From Octopus vulgaris (taxonomy: Eukaryota), in NCBI GenBank assembly GCA_951406725.2, contig OX597816.1, forward strand, positions 140,430,001 to 140,494,000: a stretch of DNA of 64,000 bases, read 5' to 3'. Of this stretch, positions 26,457-40,669 are shown in pieces (the first letter of the stretch is position 1; every line of letters begins with the position of its first letter). The notes beneath the pieces were generated by a model that was given only the letters and a program-made list of their open reading frames with translations, did no database searches and had not been told where the DNA came from. The position numbers and the translations under genes were made by a program.

Positions 26457-28399
26457 TACTAGTCTCACTCGGGTATGCATCTGCCTAGAAAGCGCAACAC
26501 AACAGACAACAATTGATTTTTACATCATGTCCACAGGAAAAGAAACACATTATAAGCTTCTATTCATTAAGAATTCCTTAATTATGGAAGACAGTGATTC
26601 TGAAATCTAGATATTCATTATTATATTTTAAAAAGCGGTATAGACGTGCGATATTAATAAAAAAAATCTATTGTTTTTACTGGGGGTTTTGGGGATTTTT
26701 GGGGGTTTTTTTTGTAATAGCAGTTAGTACTCAGGAAACATTTTCATTAGACAGAGAAGGAAAATCATCATTTCAAAAGCAATAGTATTGTTTAGATCTA
26801 AAATCGTTAAAACAACGATTTTAAAACGTACTTCTTTTAGATATATCCACCATAAATTAAACTTCCCTGGTCTTTATATTTTGGAAATTTGGACATGGTT
26901 TGGAAATATGGATATGGCCAGTATCCAAATTTGGATATGGTTAAGGCTCGATTTGAGGAAAAAGTGAATTGTGAATACTGAGTAATTAACGCAAGGTCTG
27001 GCAATATCTAAAATGACTTTCAACTGATTTATAAAGATTCACTCGCAAAAGGTTTCTTCTCCCCATTTCTTCTGTACCTTCTGCTCTTTTGAACTAGCAA
27101 GCTACATACAATGTACCTCTGGAATAAACTAATATACTCGCCTTTCCATCTCTCAACATTCTTATTTATTTCCACTCACCTCCCAAAACTCTGTATGTGG
27201 CACATTTTGCTATCACTTTTCTCGCAAACAGCATCCTTCGGATTTCACTCACTATCTACGTTTTTCCTATTGGCCTCAACGTTATAACTTATCATTATGG
27301 GAAGGCCTGTAAAATCCAGGACGCTAACTCACATCCTCAGTAAACGTGTTTTTAATGCGCAGTAGGGATGAGTTTAAATGGAAAATATATGCTGTATATG
27401 AGTTTAAATGGAAAACATATGCTGTAAGTTCAAAGTAGAAGACGTCTTTGTAGTAGCAACAGAAGAGACATAAAACGCACAAGTCATCGATGTAGGCTAT
27501 TCCCCATGGACGAGTGAGAATGTGAGAAGTTGTTGTAGTAACAAAAAAAAAGTGTAGATGCATCGTACACTTATTGAATACATATATCATAGTTTTGGAA
27601 CGGTCTCGTGTTTACAGATGTAGGTTCGAGTTCCACAGACAGCCGTTGATTATTTCTATTTCCAGGCTTTTTTAACCCAATATTTACAGGCTATTATTTA
27701 TAGCTTTATTTCGAGATTCACCGTTCGAAAAACAATTATTTCACGTTCTCGTGAAATAGTTATATATGTGTGTGTATGTGTGTACATTACACACACATAT
27801 ATACATACATGCATACATACATACATACATACATACATACATACATACATACATACATACATACATACATACATACATACATACATACATACGTAAATAC
27901 ATACATACATACAACTAATAAGCACTGCAAGACTGTCATGTAATACAACAAACTACAATTCTTACACGCTTTCAAGAAGAGCATCCTTAACAACCCCAGA
28001 ATATGAAAACTTGGTCTCATCATCTCAGTTTTAAAGCTTAACAAAAAACTTAACAAGAACAAGAGTTGTATCATACAGATACATCAACGTCTATGAACAA
28101 TCTCAACTATTCAGGCTAACATACCTGTACTCAACACCTCAACTTTTCAGCATTTAAGCAGCCAATATCTGCCTAAACTTTTTATGTGACTTATGTTCAA
28201 ATCGGCCAGATATGGGCTCTCACAGCTACCCTACAATGTCATTTTTAAAAGAATCAGTTACATCATCAAAATCTCGAAGATACGAGATAATGCATGATTA
28301 ATTCAAAAGTTATGTGAATAAATATGCATTGCACTTGGCAAAATGATCTGAATGCTAAATGGTTAAGAAACAACACAAAGTGTTCTATATTTAAGAGTT

Positions 28400-29306
28400 G
28401 AGAAATTATATACATTATTTACATTATTTACAATTGACTGATATTTGTCCTCATCTTTGTTGTTAACACAACGTTTCAGCTGATATACCCTCTAGCCTTC
28501 ATCAGGTGTCTAGGGGAAATTACGACCTGGGTTCCAGCAGGCAAGGGAAATGCTACAAGTGGTGATGAACAAGTCTGACTACTCGAAAAAACTAGCAAGT
28601 CTTATAAGTGATGGTAGCTACAGCAAAGTAAAGAAAGACCCTACTTTGAAAACAGAGAGCAAGTTGTCACAGATCTTGATCAAGAACAAGGATCACTTTG
28701 CACCAATGAAGTACAGACAGCTGACTCAACACTACAGCAAACTACCACACGTGTACGGTCTTCCTAAGATTCACGAGGATGGTATTCCATTAAGACCTAT
28801 AGTGAGCTGTAGAGGTTCAGCATGTCATCCACTGAGCTGCTTCCTTGCGGATATAATCAGTCCATTAGCAGGAAAGTCAACATCGTATGTGAAGAATTCC
28901 ACCCACTTCATAGAATTGATCAAAGATACCCCCACTGAATCCAACCAGATGGTGAGTCTAGTCTGTTCACCAAAGTCTCAACTGGTGAGGCACTATCGGT
29001 GATTCAAGAAAAACTAGTGACAGACACTCATCTGAAAGAACGTACTAGTATACCAATAAGAAATTTGATGGAAATGTTGACCTTCTGTATAGAAACTACC
29101 TACTTCAGTATGGACACTGATATATATCGACAAAAAGTGGGTTTAGCTATGGGTTCACCATTATCACCAATAATAGCCAATATATACATGGAATACATTG
29201 AGAATTTGGCTTTAGGATCAACACCACTAAAACCAACCCTATGGCCGCGATACGTTGATGACACCTTTATACTCTGGCTCCACCAGGAAGATGTCCAACA
29301 CCTGAG
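28400..29306 (+). mobile_element. Penelope-like element copy 2: inverted pseudo-LTR plus RT fragment extending to RYVDDTF
   Basis: ORFs 28550-29002 and 28999-29352; reaches the catalytic YVDD motif that is absent from copy 1. Confidence 0.9.
28465..28510 (-). ncRNA. Minimal hammerhead ribozyme, duplicate
   Basis: Same sequence as 11110-11155. Confidence 0.7.
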
Positions 29307-29309
29307 ATG

Positions 29310-30458
29310 TAAGGCTTATAGACACTTTGTGATAAAAACAGTTATAGAGTAAAACAATGTAGACATTTGCATAAAATTCCTGTTGTGATTGCACTCCCTG
29401 AGTACATATGTAAAAATTAAATTAGTATTTTATAAAAATTCTATAAAAATCAGGCGACAATATTTTTCAGACAATACCACCTAGCTTCAGTAGTCCACAC
29501 ACTTGTCTTTCTTTTCGATCATTTGCACTGTTCGTTCATTCTACCGACAAACACATTCGTTATAACATCTCTTGGTTTCTATCAGTCTTCTTTTGGCTCC
29601 TAAAATTGTTTCCATAATTCTGCCTCACTTGTCATTTGTGGTCCGTCATACATAAGCTGTGACAACATTTGCCATATATTTTCAATTATGTTCAAGTCTG
29701 GACTTCACGCTGGCCATTCCAGTAGACTTATTTTCATGTCTTGCATGCATTCTGTGACTGTTTTTGACACATGAATGCTGCAGTTATCCTGTTGGGGTAT
29801 AAAATCATCTCCCATTTCTTCTCTAATACGGGACAAGGCTCTCGTTTGCAACAAATGAGTATAACTCATGCTGTTCTACCTTCTCTTCAGCCACTCTAAC
29901 CAAAAATAATCAGGAAAGGCCAGCACACGAGACACAATCGTCTTCACTCGCCTCTGAGCTCTCTTCCCAAGCGACTTTTTCCTCTATCTTTTCATCTTAT
30001 TCCGGTTATAGTCATTCTTTGGCATATGTTCTACTGTAGACTTCGAAATCTCCAAATTAACAGCTATTTTTTCCAGGTTCAGGTCATCCCTCTTTCTTCG
30101 AACTGAAGAATTTATTTCCTCTGAATGCATTTTCATCCGAAAAAAAATGTTTTTCTCGACTAAAGAAAGGTTTTTGAAGGTTAATACTTATTGGATTAAT
30201 GCATGCTGCTTTTGCACTTGAAAATTTACATATAAAAGTTTGAAGCATTCTGTTACGTCGTAAAAATAACGACGCGTAATTTATATCAAAATATATTTTT
30301 TTTAAATGTTCGCAGTAAACAAAAGACTGAAACAAGCATCTTACTTTCAATCGATTTAAAGTTCACAAGTATGTACTCAGCTACACTAAGTAGCTCCACG
30401 AAATAAACTTTCTAGAAATACAACTTCTCAGGGGTCTGAAAAAGTTTGTCAACCCCTG
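29310..30458 (-). mobile_element. Decayed Tc1-like transposon
   Basis: Minus strand ~29640-29810 reads QQDNCSIH...LEWPA*SPDLNIIENIW (DD34E type); TA-CAGGGGTTGACAAA terminus at 30458. The left boundary is uncertain. Confidence 0.8.
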
Positions 30459-31049
30459 TATTCCCAAAGATTTACTTTCTTTTAGATGCTGAGAATTCCA
30501 TTCTAGACCGGGATGGAGGCTTTAACTTCTTCCCACATCAACAGCAGCAAAATAACAAAATCTTGTTAAGGAAAATGATTAAAAGTAATTGATTAAAGGT
30601 AATTGAAATAAATCGAGAAAGTATGGATGTACAGAAGGCGGTCACAAAAAAACGAAAATTACGAAGAGAATGTTTTTCCTTGTTGTAAGTAGGAAAACAT
30701 CTAACATGATTTGTTGGCGATTTACAGATAAAGTACATTAAATAAATAAAGAATTAGTTTTAAATTCATGCTTAAAGGAAAATACTATTTCTTAGTGAGG
30801 GTGGTGACAGCAAGAGACATCTTACAGTGTTGTCGGATGACAACAATAAACATAGGTTTCTACATATAGAAAATGAATGCGAATAATTTTTAGCGAGCCG
30901 GAAATGAGTTTGAAGGGTTCGTTCGTCAAACAACGTAACTCCTCTGAACTAAGGACAAGTTAAACTTTGTTGACCTCTTGTTGAAGAAAACTAGCTTTGT
31001 TTAACTTTCAAAAGCGTTTCAGACAATTTAACGCCCTCATTCGCGAACT

Positions 31050-31950
31050 CTAAGTATTTTGATAACTCAGTGACCAAGCTGGTCTCCCGATAAAACCAGC
31101 TGACAAAAGTTGTGCTGCTGTTGTTTGGCAGACTAACCTCTGCAGTGTGAAAGCTTTCTGATAGATCAACAATACTAACAACTACCGAAAGCTATCTAGG
31201 GATATTACACTCTAGAACCAAAAAAATTTATTTTGTACCATTAAGCACTTACATCTTCCTATTCATTCCTTTCACTACAACCAACCTTACCATAAACACA
31301 CCTCGAACCTCCACTATCTATTTTGTTCCCAAACTACATTCACCCAACATCCCGTAATATCAACGTAATATTTCCTCCTGTAAGTACCCCAACGAAATCC
31401 TCTCCAGTTACTCTTGTTTCATCCCTTCACAGTCATGCCCCACCAATTTATAGTTACAAACCAAACTCATAACCTTCCCAACTCCTTCTCTTTCCCTCCT
31501 AAACGTTCTCAATTTCTATTCACCCTCGACATGAAATCCCTCTACACTGTCATATTCCACAACGATGGAGTCTTAACTCGTCGAAATTGTTTTCAATCTC
31601 TGCTTTTCACTTGAACCTAACAGCAATACCATTCTCTATCTAACCTAATGTGGCCTTCACTTGAATAACTGTTTTTCCTTCTGTAGTGAGCTCTGCCAGT
31701 AAGCCACCGGTATGTCCATACACGCCAAGGTGACTCCTAGTTACACCAACTTCTTTGTGGGCTATACTGAGGCTCAGATCTTCTCCCATTTCTCCAGAAC
31801 CATTTCAGGATTTTTATACGCTCATTATATTTTCGATTGTAATGGCAACTAGTTAATCTAAGGATTAACTACTTGCCTTCAGTTTTAAAATCACCAAATT
31901 TATCCTGCTATGAAAAATACGTCTACAATCTCCAACACTTCAGTCACTTT
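31050..31950 (+). mobile_element. Highly decayed Penelope-like RT remnant
   Basis: IKPADKSCAAVVW (~31090) and LFTLDMKSLYTVIFHNDG (~31515) motifs. Confidence 0.6.
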
Positions 31951-32189
31951 GCTACACAGCTTACCCATTCCTCAGTGAACTCTATGTTTGTTGACTCGCA
32001 GTTTAAATCCCAATCCCACAAATGTCACCACAAATCCTAACTAGTCCCAGCCTTAGTGCATGCCATAGACCTCCTCGATCATGGCTGGCCTAGACCTACA
32101 GAATAAAAACTACAATCCTTATTTATTAAACATACCTATTTTCCTCAATATAATGATCCCAGTAAACTAAAGGATCAGTATATTCATTA

Positions 32190-32686
32190 TACAGCTATGG
32201 TACGACCACACTTGGAATTCGCATCATCAGTTTGGAACCCCTATCTTGCTCAGAACATTGACCTCCTGGAATCTGTCCAGAGACGTGCAACCAAACGCAT
32301 ACCCTCCATCAGACACCTACCATACTCTGAGCGCCTTGTTTCCCTGGGCATGGATTCACTGAAGCTCCGGCGTCTGGCGACGGACTTGGTAAACACCCAC
32401 AAAGTTATCAACCACCTTACCAACAACAACACTGAACACCTTTTTGATCTCCATGTGTCTAACACACGTGGACATGCCTACAGAGTCAGAAAACAACACA
32501 GCTCCTATGACTTTCGGAAACATTTTTTCACGCTCAGAGTTGCTGAAGCATGGAATAAACTGCCTGCGTTAGTTGTTGACTGCCATGCCACTGCATCCTT
32601 TAAGGCCCTCATGCTTTCCGAAATCCGCCGAAACTACACCTGATTATATATACACTTTGTTGTAGTGCACCTGAGCACTGTACACA

Positions 32687-32750
<64 letters not shown>
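32190..32750 (+). mobile_element. 5'-truncated CR1/L2-group LINE 3' end with (TTA)n tail
   Basis: VRPHLEFASSVWNPY...LESVQRRATK...FFTLRVAEAWNKLP; same family as 58345-59820. Confidence 0.9.
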
Positions 32751-32752
<2 letters not shown>

Positions 32753-32820
32753 GCAAATTGACAAATACAGAAATTACAGATATATAATAAATCATTTTGA
32801 TGACAATGTGTGCACAATAG

Positions 32821-32964
32821 AAAAAAATTAAGTTAATACACCATACCCAACACAATGCAGCACAAAAGAAAAAAATTAAGTTAATGCACCATACCCAACA
32901 CAATGCAACACAAAAGAAAAAAATTAAGTTAATACACCATACCCAACACAATGCAACACAAAAG
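32821..32964 (+). repeat. 48-bp minisatellite, three copies
   Basis: Unit aaaaaaattaagttaatacaccatacccaacacaatgcagcacaaaag repeated head-to-tail. Confidence 0.9.
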
Positions 32965-32969
32965 AAGCA

Positions 32970-33235
32970 AAAATGGACCAGACAAATATATAATAAGGCG
33001 TGAGAAAAAAGAAAATAGAAGTCTTAAATCAACAGTTGACTTGTGGGATATTTCATATTTCTTTTTGTTGATAAATGAATGGTATAAAAAGAAAGAACTG
33101 AGTGTTGCATTCTTGTTTTTTTCCCTTCGACATGTTCACGTGTTTCACAATCTATAAAGGAAAGGGTATTTAAAATTTAACAATAAAATATTTACCGAAT
33201 ACATAAATAAATAAAATAAATAAATAAATAAATAA
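32970..33235 (+). promoter_or_regulatory. E-box module family member
   Basis: GCGTGAGAAAA at 32998, tcatatttctttttgttgata, AAGAACT, TTCACGTGTTTCACAA (CACGTG at 33137). Confidence 0.4.
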
Positions 33236-33360
33236 GTAGGTTTGCAAACATAGTTATGAGGTTAAAACGTTCGTTCCTCAACAACATGGTTTCGGATCTG
33301 AGCAATACTTGAGCCATACTTTACGAGAGAAATTTTACTGCAGTTACTCTCCAGAATACA

Positions 33361-33481
33361 CGTGCAGTAGCATAGCTGGAGCGAAGCACGGGGGCAATCC
33401 GCTTTAAACGACGTTTTAAGGGGGTGCAGCAAACTCAAGACCTACCCCGGGTGGCACACACTCTAGCTACACTACTGCACG
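33361..33481. mobile_element. Short MITE-like relic
   Basis: Imperfect terminal inverted repeats cgtgcagtagcatagctggag / ctctagctacactactgcacg. Confidence 0.5.
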
Positions 33482-33703
33482 TATGTATGTATATGTGTAC
33501 GCATGTGTATGAATGTATGCATGAGTGTGTGTGTGTTAATATGGCCGTGTATGTGTGAGTCAACTAGAGGCTGTAGAAAATGCTATTTGTTCAAGATGCC
33601 ACGCGCTACAATAGAACCTTGGACCTCATAGCGTCGAAGCGAGCCTCATAAACATGTAACCATATTGCACTTCACACACACACACATACACACACACACA
33701 CAC

Positions 33704-34198
<495 letters not shown>

Positions 34199-34231
34199 GG
34201 ATATATTCCATTGCAATCACATGAGATCTCA

Positions 34232-34930
34232 TTTAATTAATTTTTTTAACTAAACAGTTTGAATCTTCGAATACTGGTAGAATTTCTCACGTAGAACACG
34301 ATTTACTCTGAATGTTTTTGACAAAATTCCTATTTTAGAAGTTATTTCGTGTTAAAGTTGTCGTATTTGGGTAATTTTAACCAATCAACGTGTATTCGGT
34401 TGAAGAAAGCTACTGCTGTTTGCAATAGTAATCGAAAAGGAACAACTTCCGGGTCATCTCTACTAAATGTCACTACTCTGTTCTATTCGTCACTTTTATC
34501 CTTCCTTCCTATCTAGTCAGCACCGTGCATTCCTTACTCTTTCCCATCCCTGGTCGTCACCTTTATCCTTCCTCCCTTTCTAGTCATTACCGTGCATTCC
34601 TTACTCTTTCACTCCTGTATACGCTATCAACTAGCAACCAGCGAGTGAACTTTTACTGCCACTACAATTACCGCATTTTCCGGTGTATAAGCAGCTATTT
34701 ATTATGATAATTTTTTTTAAAACCTAATAAAGACTATTATATTTATTTCTATATTACCCATAGGGGGCTAAACAGAGAGGGGACAAACAAGGAGAGACAA
34801 AGGGATTAAGTCGATTACATCGACCCCAGAAAATTTTGTCGAAAACGTTCAGAGTAAACCGTGTTCTACGTGAGAAATTCTACCAGTATTCGAAGTTTCA
34901 AACTGTTTAGTTAAAAAATAATTAATTAAA
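34232..34930. mobile_element. Foldback/MITE with ~95-bp terminal inverted repeats and an internal SINE fragment
   Basis: 34241-34330 is the reverse complement of 34829-34918 with few mismatches. Confidence 0.8.
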
Positions 34931-36079
34931 AATCTTGTAGTTTTCATAGAAATAATTTCTAGGACGTCAGTTCAAAGTTTTTTCTTAAATTTCTTCTTTA
35001 AAAAAGTAAAACTTAGTTTTTGCCTTTAAAAGCTTCAAAAGAAAAAATTCTGATTATAAATACCCTAGTTCCCGGTCAACACGTGGAGATATATTTCGTG
35101 TGTGTATCTAAATATCTGAGTATTTAAAGAGAACAAATTTGGATAATGCCTCATTGTGCGAATGGATTAAACTGAAAGGGTCGTGAGAAAGAGAGAGAGG
35201 TTTAGAGTGGGAAAGAAACGACAAACTGATGACTTTGTCTATTGTTAGTTTTATGTAACTGTGAAAGCATAGCTGCTTAACTTATTGTTAGCATTTGATA
35301 GTATAATACAGTACATAGAAAATTATGTTGAAATATTTGCGTCATTCTTATTATCTTTTGTTTGTTTCAACCATTGGACTGCGGCCACGCTAGGGAACTT
35401 CCTTGGCAAATTGACCACATAACTTATTTTATGCCTGGTATTTATTCTATAAAATAAGTACCATTTGAGTACTGGGGGCGATATAATCGACTTATCCCTT
35501 CCCCCGAAACTGCTGGCCTTGCTCCAAGATTTGAAACCATTCTTATTATTATTATTATTATTATTATTATTGAGTGAGAGAGCAGTGCATGCCATCAAAG
35601 TGACACTGGGGTAAAATATACGAAGCCCAGTGTACCCATCAGGACTACCCGTCCGATAAGGGTACACTAGGCACATGCATCACAACCATGTGTGCGCAAC
35701 ATGGTGATCTCATATCAAGATAAACAGTGCATGACCTTGCAGGTGGAGCCCAGTTAGAATTTCTTCTGGTTGAGTAACCCATCCTGCTCAAAAGGTCCCT
35801 GAATAAAGGTTGTTTAAGGATGATGAACGAAACACCCATGTTTCCAGAGGTGAATTATTCAAACCCCAAAGAATCCCTCAACACATGGCTATGATACTCC
35901 CCCACTACTTCTGCTTGTGATCAGAGATGCACATATCGTCAGCCACTAAGGGACATGCTCAACTGGTTAAGGTCAAACAACTGACAAGCAAATCTGTGGT
36001 ATTGAGCAGAATATTTGCTGTAGCCCATCTTTTATTCCAAGACAAAACAATGTACAAGATCAGAAGCCATGAGAGTCAC

Positions 36080-36081
<2 letters not shown>

Positions 36082-36157
<76 letters not shown>

Positions 36158-36198
36158 CATTATTATCATTATCATTATCATTATTACTATTACTATTA

Positions 36199-36292
<94 letters not shown>

Positions 36293-36462
36293 AGCGGCGA
36301 GCTGTTGCTACGTTCTGAGTTCAAATTCCACCGAGGTCAACTTTGCCTTTCATCCTTTCGGGGTCGATAACACTGGGGTCGATGTAATCGACTCATCTCC
36401 TCCCCCAAAATTACTGCCCTTGTGTCAAAATTTGAAACCATTATTGTTGCTGTTGTTATTGT

Positions 36463-36531
<69 letters not shown>
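36082..36531. repeat. (TTA)n and (TAG)n microsatellites bracketing a SINE fragment
   Basis: Direct inspection. Confidence 0.9.
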
Positions 36532-36532
<1 letters not shown>

Positions 36533-36757
36533 TTCAAATTGGTGAGCTGACAGATTCGTTAGCGCGCCGGGCAAAATGCTTTGCAGTATTTCGTCCGTCT
36601 TTACGTTCTGAGTTCAAATGCCGCCGACTATGCCTTTCATCCTTTCGACATTCAGATAGTTGATTACGTCGACATCAGTTGAGCCCTTGATGTCGACGTA
36701 ATCAACTATTCCCGTCCCCCAAAATTTCAGGCCTTGTACCTATAGTAGAAAGGATTA

Positions 36758-37126
36758 TTACCTCCGCCTCCGCTAAGGCGGAGGTATTGTTTTCAGTCGT
36801 GTTTGTTTGTCCTTGGACAAGATATCTCAAGACCTGCTGGGTGGATTCGGATGAAACTTTCAGAGATGTTTGGCCGCAGGACTGGCACGAACTGATTAAA
36901 TTTGGGGATCGATCCGGTACCAGACAACGATTCTGGATTATTTTTCCGGTTTTTTTTTTTTACTTAATTTTTGAGAGTGGTCGGGTTAATTCTTTTAGTT
37001 TTCTCATTTGTGAGAGCAGTCGAGTTTATTTTAGATATTCTCATTTTAAAAATCATCTCTGGCTAATCGTTGAGAGGATGCTGGTGTTGCCTTGGCGGAG
37101 GTTTGCGCTCCCTGAGTGCTCTTGTT
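36758..37126 (+). mobile_element. Non-autonomous Helentron/DINE-1-like element
   Basis: 5' acctccgcc..ggcggaggt palindrome, (GTTT)n, 3' ggcggagg sub-terminal repeat and gcgctc-cct-gagtgc hairpin; second copy at 57901-58241. Confidence 0.65.
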
Positions 37127-37199
37127 ATTGTTATCTTATAACTATTACATGCTTTATTAGTTAGCAAAGATATTGTCTTTAGGTTTGGTGCCAACAAAT

Positions 37200-37900
37200 T
37201 TCCTCAAATCTCAGTCTTTCTTAAAATTCTTGCAGAATTCAGGATTGAATTTTTTTAGCAGGCATGCACTTCCAGAAAAGTGCAGTCTCACCAATATTGT
37301 ATACTTGCTTTGGTGCGTAGACCATTTCAGCAATCATTTTCTTCAACTGCTCAGGATAAATGATAGAAGCCTCTGTATCAGTGTTCGCAGTTTCACCATT
37401 TATTTTTATGTTGTGCAAATTCATTCGCTTCTTAAACCTTTCAAGCCAGCCTTTACTATCCGAAAACGGATTTTCATTAGAAGTTTCGCCATTTTTCTGC
37501 AAATTGGTATATAAACATTTGGCTTTTTAAAACTTATCGGCACATTAAGCTGATTCTAATTCTCGATCCATTCACTCAAAAGTCGTTCTATCTTAAACAT
37601 TACATTAGATCTATGGAAAATTAAGGCCCGAGCAGTTAACAGAGAAGCTTCTTCAGTATTTGACATATTTTTCTCTGTTGTCATGTAATGTTCCCACTCT
37701 AGACGTTGCAAGATTTAATGCTTTGGTAATACAGCTTAGTTTTTTTCCCGTACCACCAAGTCTTTTTAAAACATTAAGCTTAATATCCAGTGTCATCCTT
37801 TTACTGTTCCTTTTCGCACTACTGCGAAAGGAACAGCTACTTGATAGCTTCTTTCCAGATATCTTAAATTTAAAATAAATAAAGCAGCACAAATGTAGTT
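37200..37900 (-). mobile_element. Tigger/pogo (CENP-B-like) transposase remnant
   Basis: HTH segment TLDIKLNVLKRL..LNLATSRV; FSDSKGWLERFKKR; VYNIGETALFWKCMP; interrupted reading frame. Confidence 0.85.
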
Positions 37901-38912
37901 TAGAAAATGGTCTGGGAAAGATCTGTTTTGTGAGAGCGGAAAATGCTTTTATTTCTATAGATGTAATAATGAAAATTATATGAAAAGGTGAAGAACTGAG
38001 GAAGAGTAAGTACTGTATGATTACAGTTAGATGAAGGGTTATAAGATTTTATTGGCAATTTGCTCCTTCCGCTTCTGACTTAGGACATAAACACACACAC
38101 ACACACACACACACACGCACGCACACACCTACACACAATCATACACACACACTCACACGCAAGTATACACACACACACTCATACACACACAGACATACAC
38201 ACTCATGCACGCACGTGTGTTATCGTAAATGCTGGCATCTGTTGAAGCTAGTTGGATTCTAAAATTGAATAGCTAATAGTAGTGATGATGTGGGTTGTAT
38301 TGGTTTGGATGTTAGTTGGCCGGGCATTGTTGGTGGTGTGGTGGTCATATTGTTCTTGCTAATTGTCTTGTTGAGGCAATTTAATCTCAAGTCAATCTTC
38401 ATAGACCTATGGTCAAAGACATTTCATTTAACTTTCAAAATACACTAAAATACCACACTATATGTTTTTATTTGAAATGGATTTGCTTATCTTCTTCATT
38501 CTATATATTACTATTGCTGTTGGTGGTTGTGTCAATGTTGATGATAGAAACACACATGCACGCACACATTCTTATACACACACACACACATATATATATA
38601 TGTATGTGTGTGTGTGTGTGTATGTATGTATGTGTGTGTGTATGTATGGATGGATGGATGTATTTGTGTGTTTGTGTCTTTGTTTGTTCTCCCACCACCA
38701 TAGCTTGACAACCGATGTTGGTGTGTTGTGTCCCCGTAACTTAGCGGTTCGGCAAAAGAGACCGATAGAATAACTACTAGGCTTACAAAGAATAAGTCCT
38801 GAGGTCGATTTGTCCGACTAAATCCTGTTACGGCGGTGCTCCAGCATGACATCAGTTAAATGACTGAAGCAAATAAAATAAAAAAGAATATATACATAGA
38901 GAGAGAGAGAGT

Positions 38913-38960
<48 letters not shown>

Positions 38961-39149
38961 TTGAAAATTACGCAATCCGGGGTTTCAGTAAGAGCGAAAT
39001 TAATGGTCAAAGTTAACAAAATCCGTACGTGCGAAATTCTGTAACCTGAAGTATCTGTAACGCAGTGGATGCCTGTAAGACAGAAATAAACGCTTTATAT
39101 ATTTCGTGTCGTCACTCTACGTGCTAAGTCCAAATAATGTCGAGCCGCT

Positions 39150-39406
<257 letters not shown>

Positions 39407-39499
39407 CAAGAAACAGCATGTCAATTTCTTGGGGAATGCCGCATTTTTTTCTACCTACGCTCTATGAAAGTAGGAAGCATTTTCAAGCATAAATATTCC

Positions 39500-39775
39500 A
39501 ACAGAGTCGCACGTGTTTGGCCATCTGATCACATAATACAATCGCTGTCTTGCACGTGGTTCATTATGTTGAAAAGTTTACAATATAAATTTGTGTAACA
39601 CAAGAGCGGAAACAAATGACAAACGTAAAACAGCTAGCGTGAGAAAATAGAAACAGAAGTCGAAAATCAAGAGTTAAATGGTGAACTATGTCATATTTCT
39701 TTTGGTTGATAAAAATCAAACTATTGTTTACTTCTTTTTTAGTGTGCGTACGTGATTCTCAAATCTACTATGGAT
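39500..39775 (+). promoter_or_regulatory. E-box module family member
   Basis: CACGTG at 39510 and 39553, GCGTGAGAAAA at 39637, tatgtcatatttcttttggttgata, aactattgttt, TACGTGATTC at 39749. Confidence 0.4.
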
Positions 39776-39847
39776 TTTTGGTTGTTTGTTTTTTGGGGTC
39801 GTTAATTAACGCTAGTTAATTAGTAGATTTTTAAAACTACTTTACTG

Positions 39848-40323
39848 GGATCTTTTCGGTTTGAACGGCAGTTTTTCTAGCGGTGTCATATGAAATTGTC
39901 ACCCATAATTATGACCCTAGTATCGATCTATTGCATTTCTATCTGTTTTAGGGTTAGGGTTAGGCTTAGTTAGGGCTTGATAGGGTTAGGGTTAGGGTTA
40001 GGGTTAGGGTTAGGGTTAGGGTTAGGGGTGGGGGAAGGGTATCCTTTTTTCTTCACAAATGTAAATAAACCCAATCTGTTTCTTAAACGAGGGACATATT
40101 CATACAGCACATAATGTTTTTACCTCAATAGACGTAATTGATTGGTTGAAATTGCAGAATTTGAATTAAAAAAACAACAAATATCTTACAAAGTATAGAA
40201 TTTTCTCAATAAAGCCAAGAGAAAAAGATGTTTTATAAACACATTCTACCAGTATACGAAGTTTAACATTTTTTAGTTACCTAGAAATTATGTTAAAAAC
40301 TGCCGTTCAAACCGAAAAGATCC
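39848..40323. mobile_element. MITE with ~29-bp perfect TIRs, 8-bp TSD and internal (TTAGGG)n
   Basis: TIR ggatcttttcggtttgaacggcagttttt; TSD ctttactg at 39840-39847 and 40324-40331; telomere-type repeats at ~39947-40027. Confidence 0.9.
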
Positions 40324-40669
40324 CTTTACTGTACTTTAACGGTTATTTGTTGAGAGGCAAAATTTTAATTCGCTAACGCTGACTCGTTGCATTTTTTTTC
40401 CCGCATGTTAGGAATCTTTCGAGAGCAATGCTTTTCCCTGGAGTCCAAAGTCATGGGCACAACGGGTTTAGGAGCCCAATGCTGTGGTCTGTAATTTGCT
40501 GCCAATAAATAAATGTACCCTTCCCCCTCCTGTCCATTGCTTTCACCAAAGCCCATAAGGCTGTTAAGCCGGACCTGTTTTTCCAACGTTTAAGCTTATA
40601 TAATTTGTCATTGTGTTCTCTTGGCCACACATCACAGTTTCTAGTGGGAGCTTTTTTTCTTTTATCGTT

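Larger units (their letters stand above)
16106..29190 (+). repeat. Tandem segmental duplication, copy 2 (part alignable to copy 1; includes a 1.29-kb mariner insertion)
   Basis: Colinear with 1-11835. Confidence 0.97.

Noticed and set aside
32821-32964. CRISPR-like repeat array
   Set aside because: Head-to-tail 48-bp units with no unique spacers, no cas genes, and a eukaryotic context.
39947-40027. True telomere or chromosome fusion site
   Set aside because: Short, single orientation, and enclosed by MITE TIRs and a TSD.
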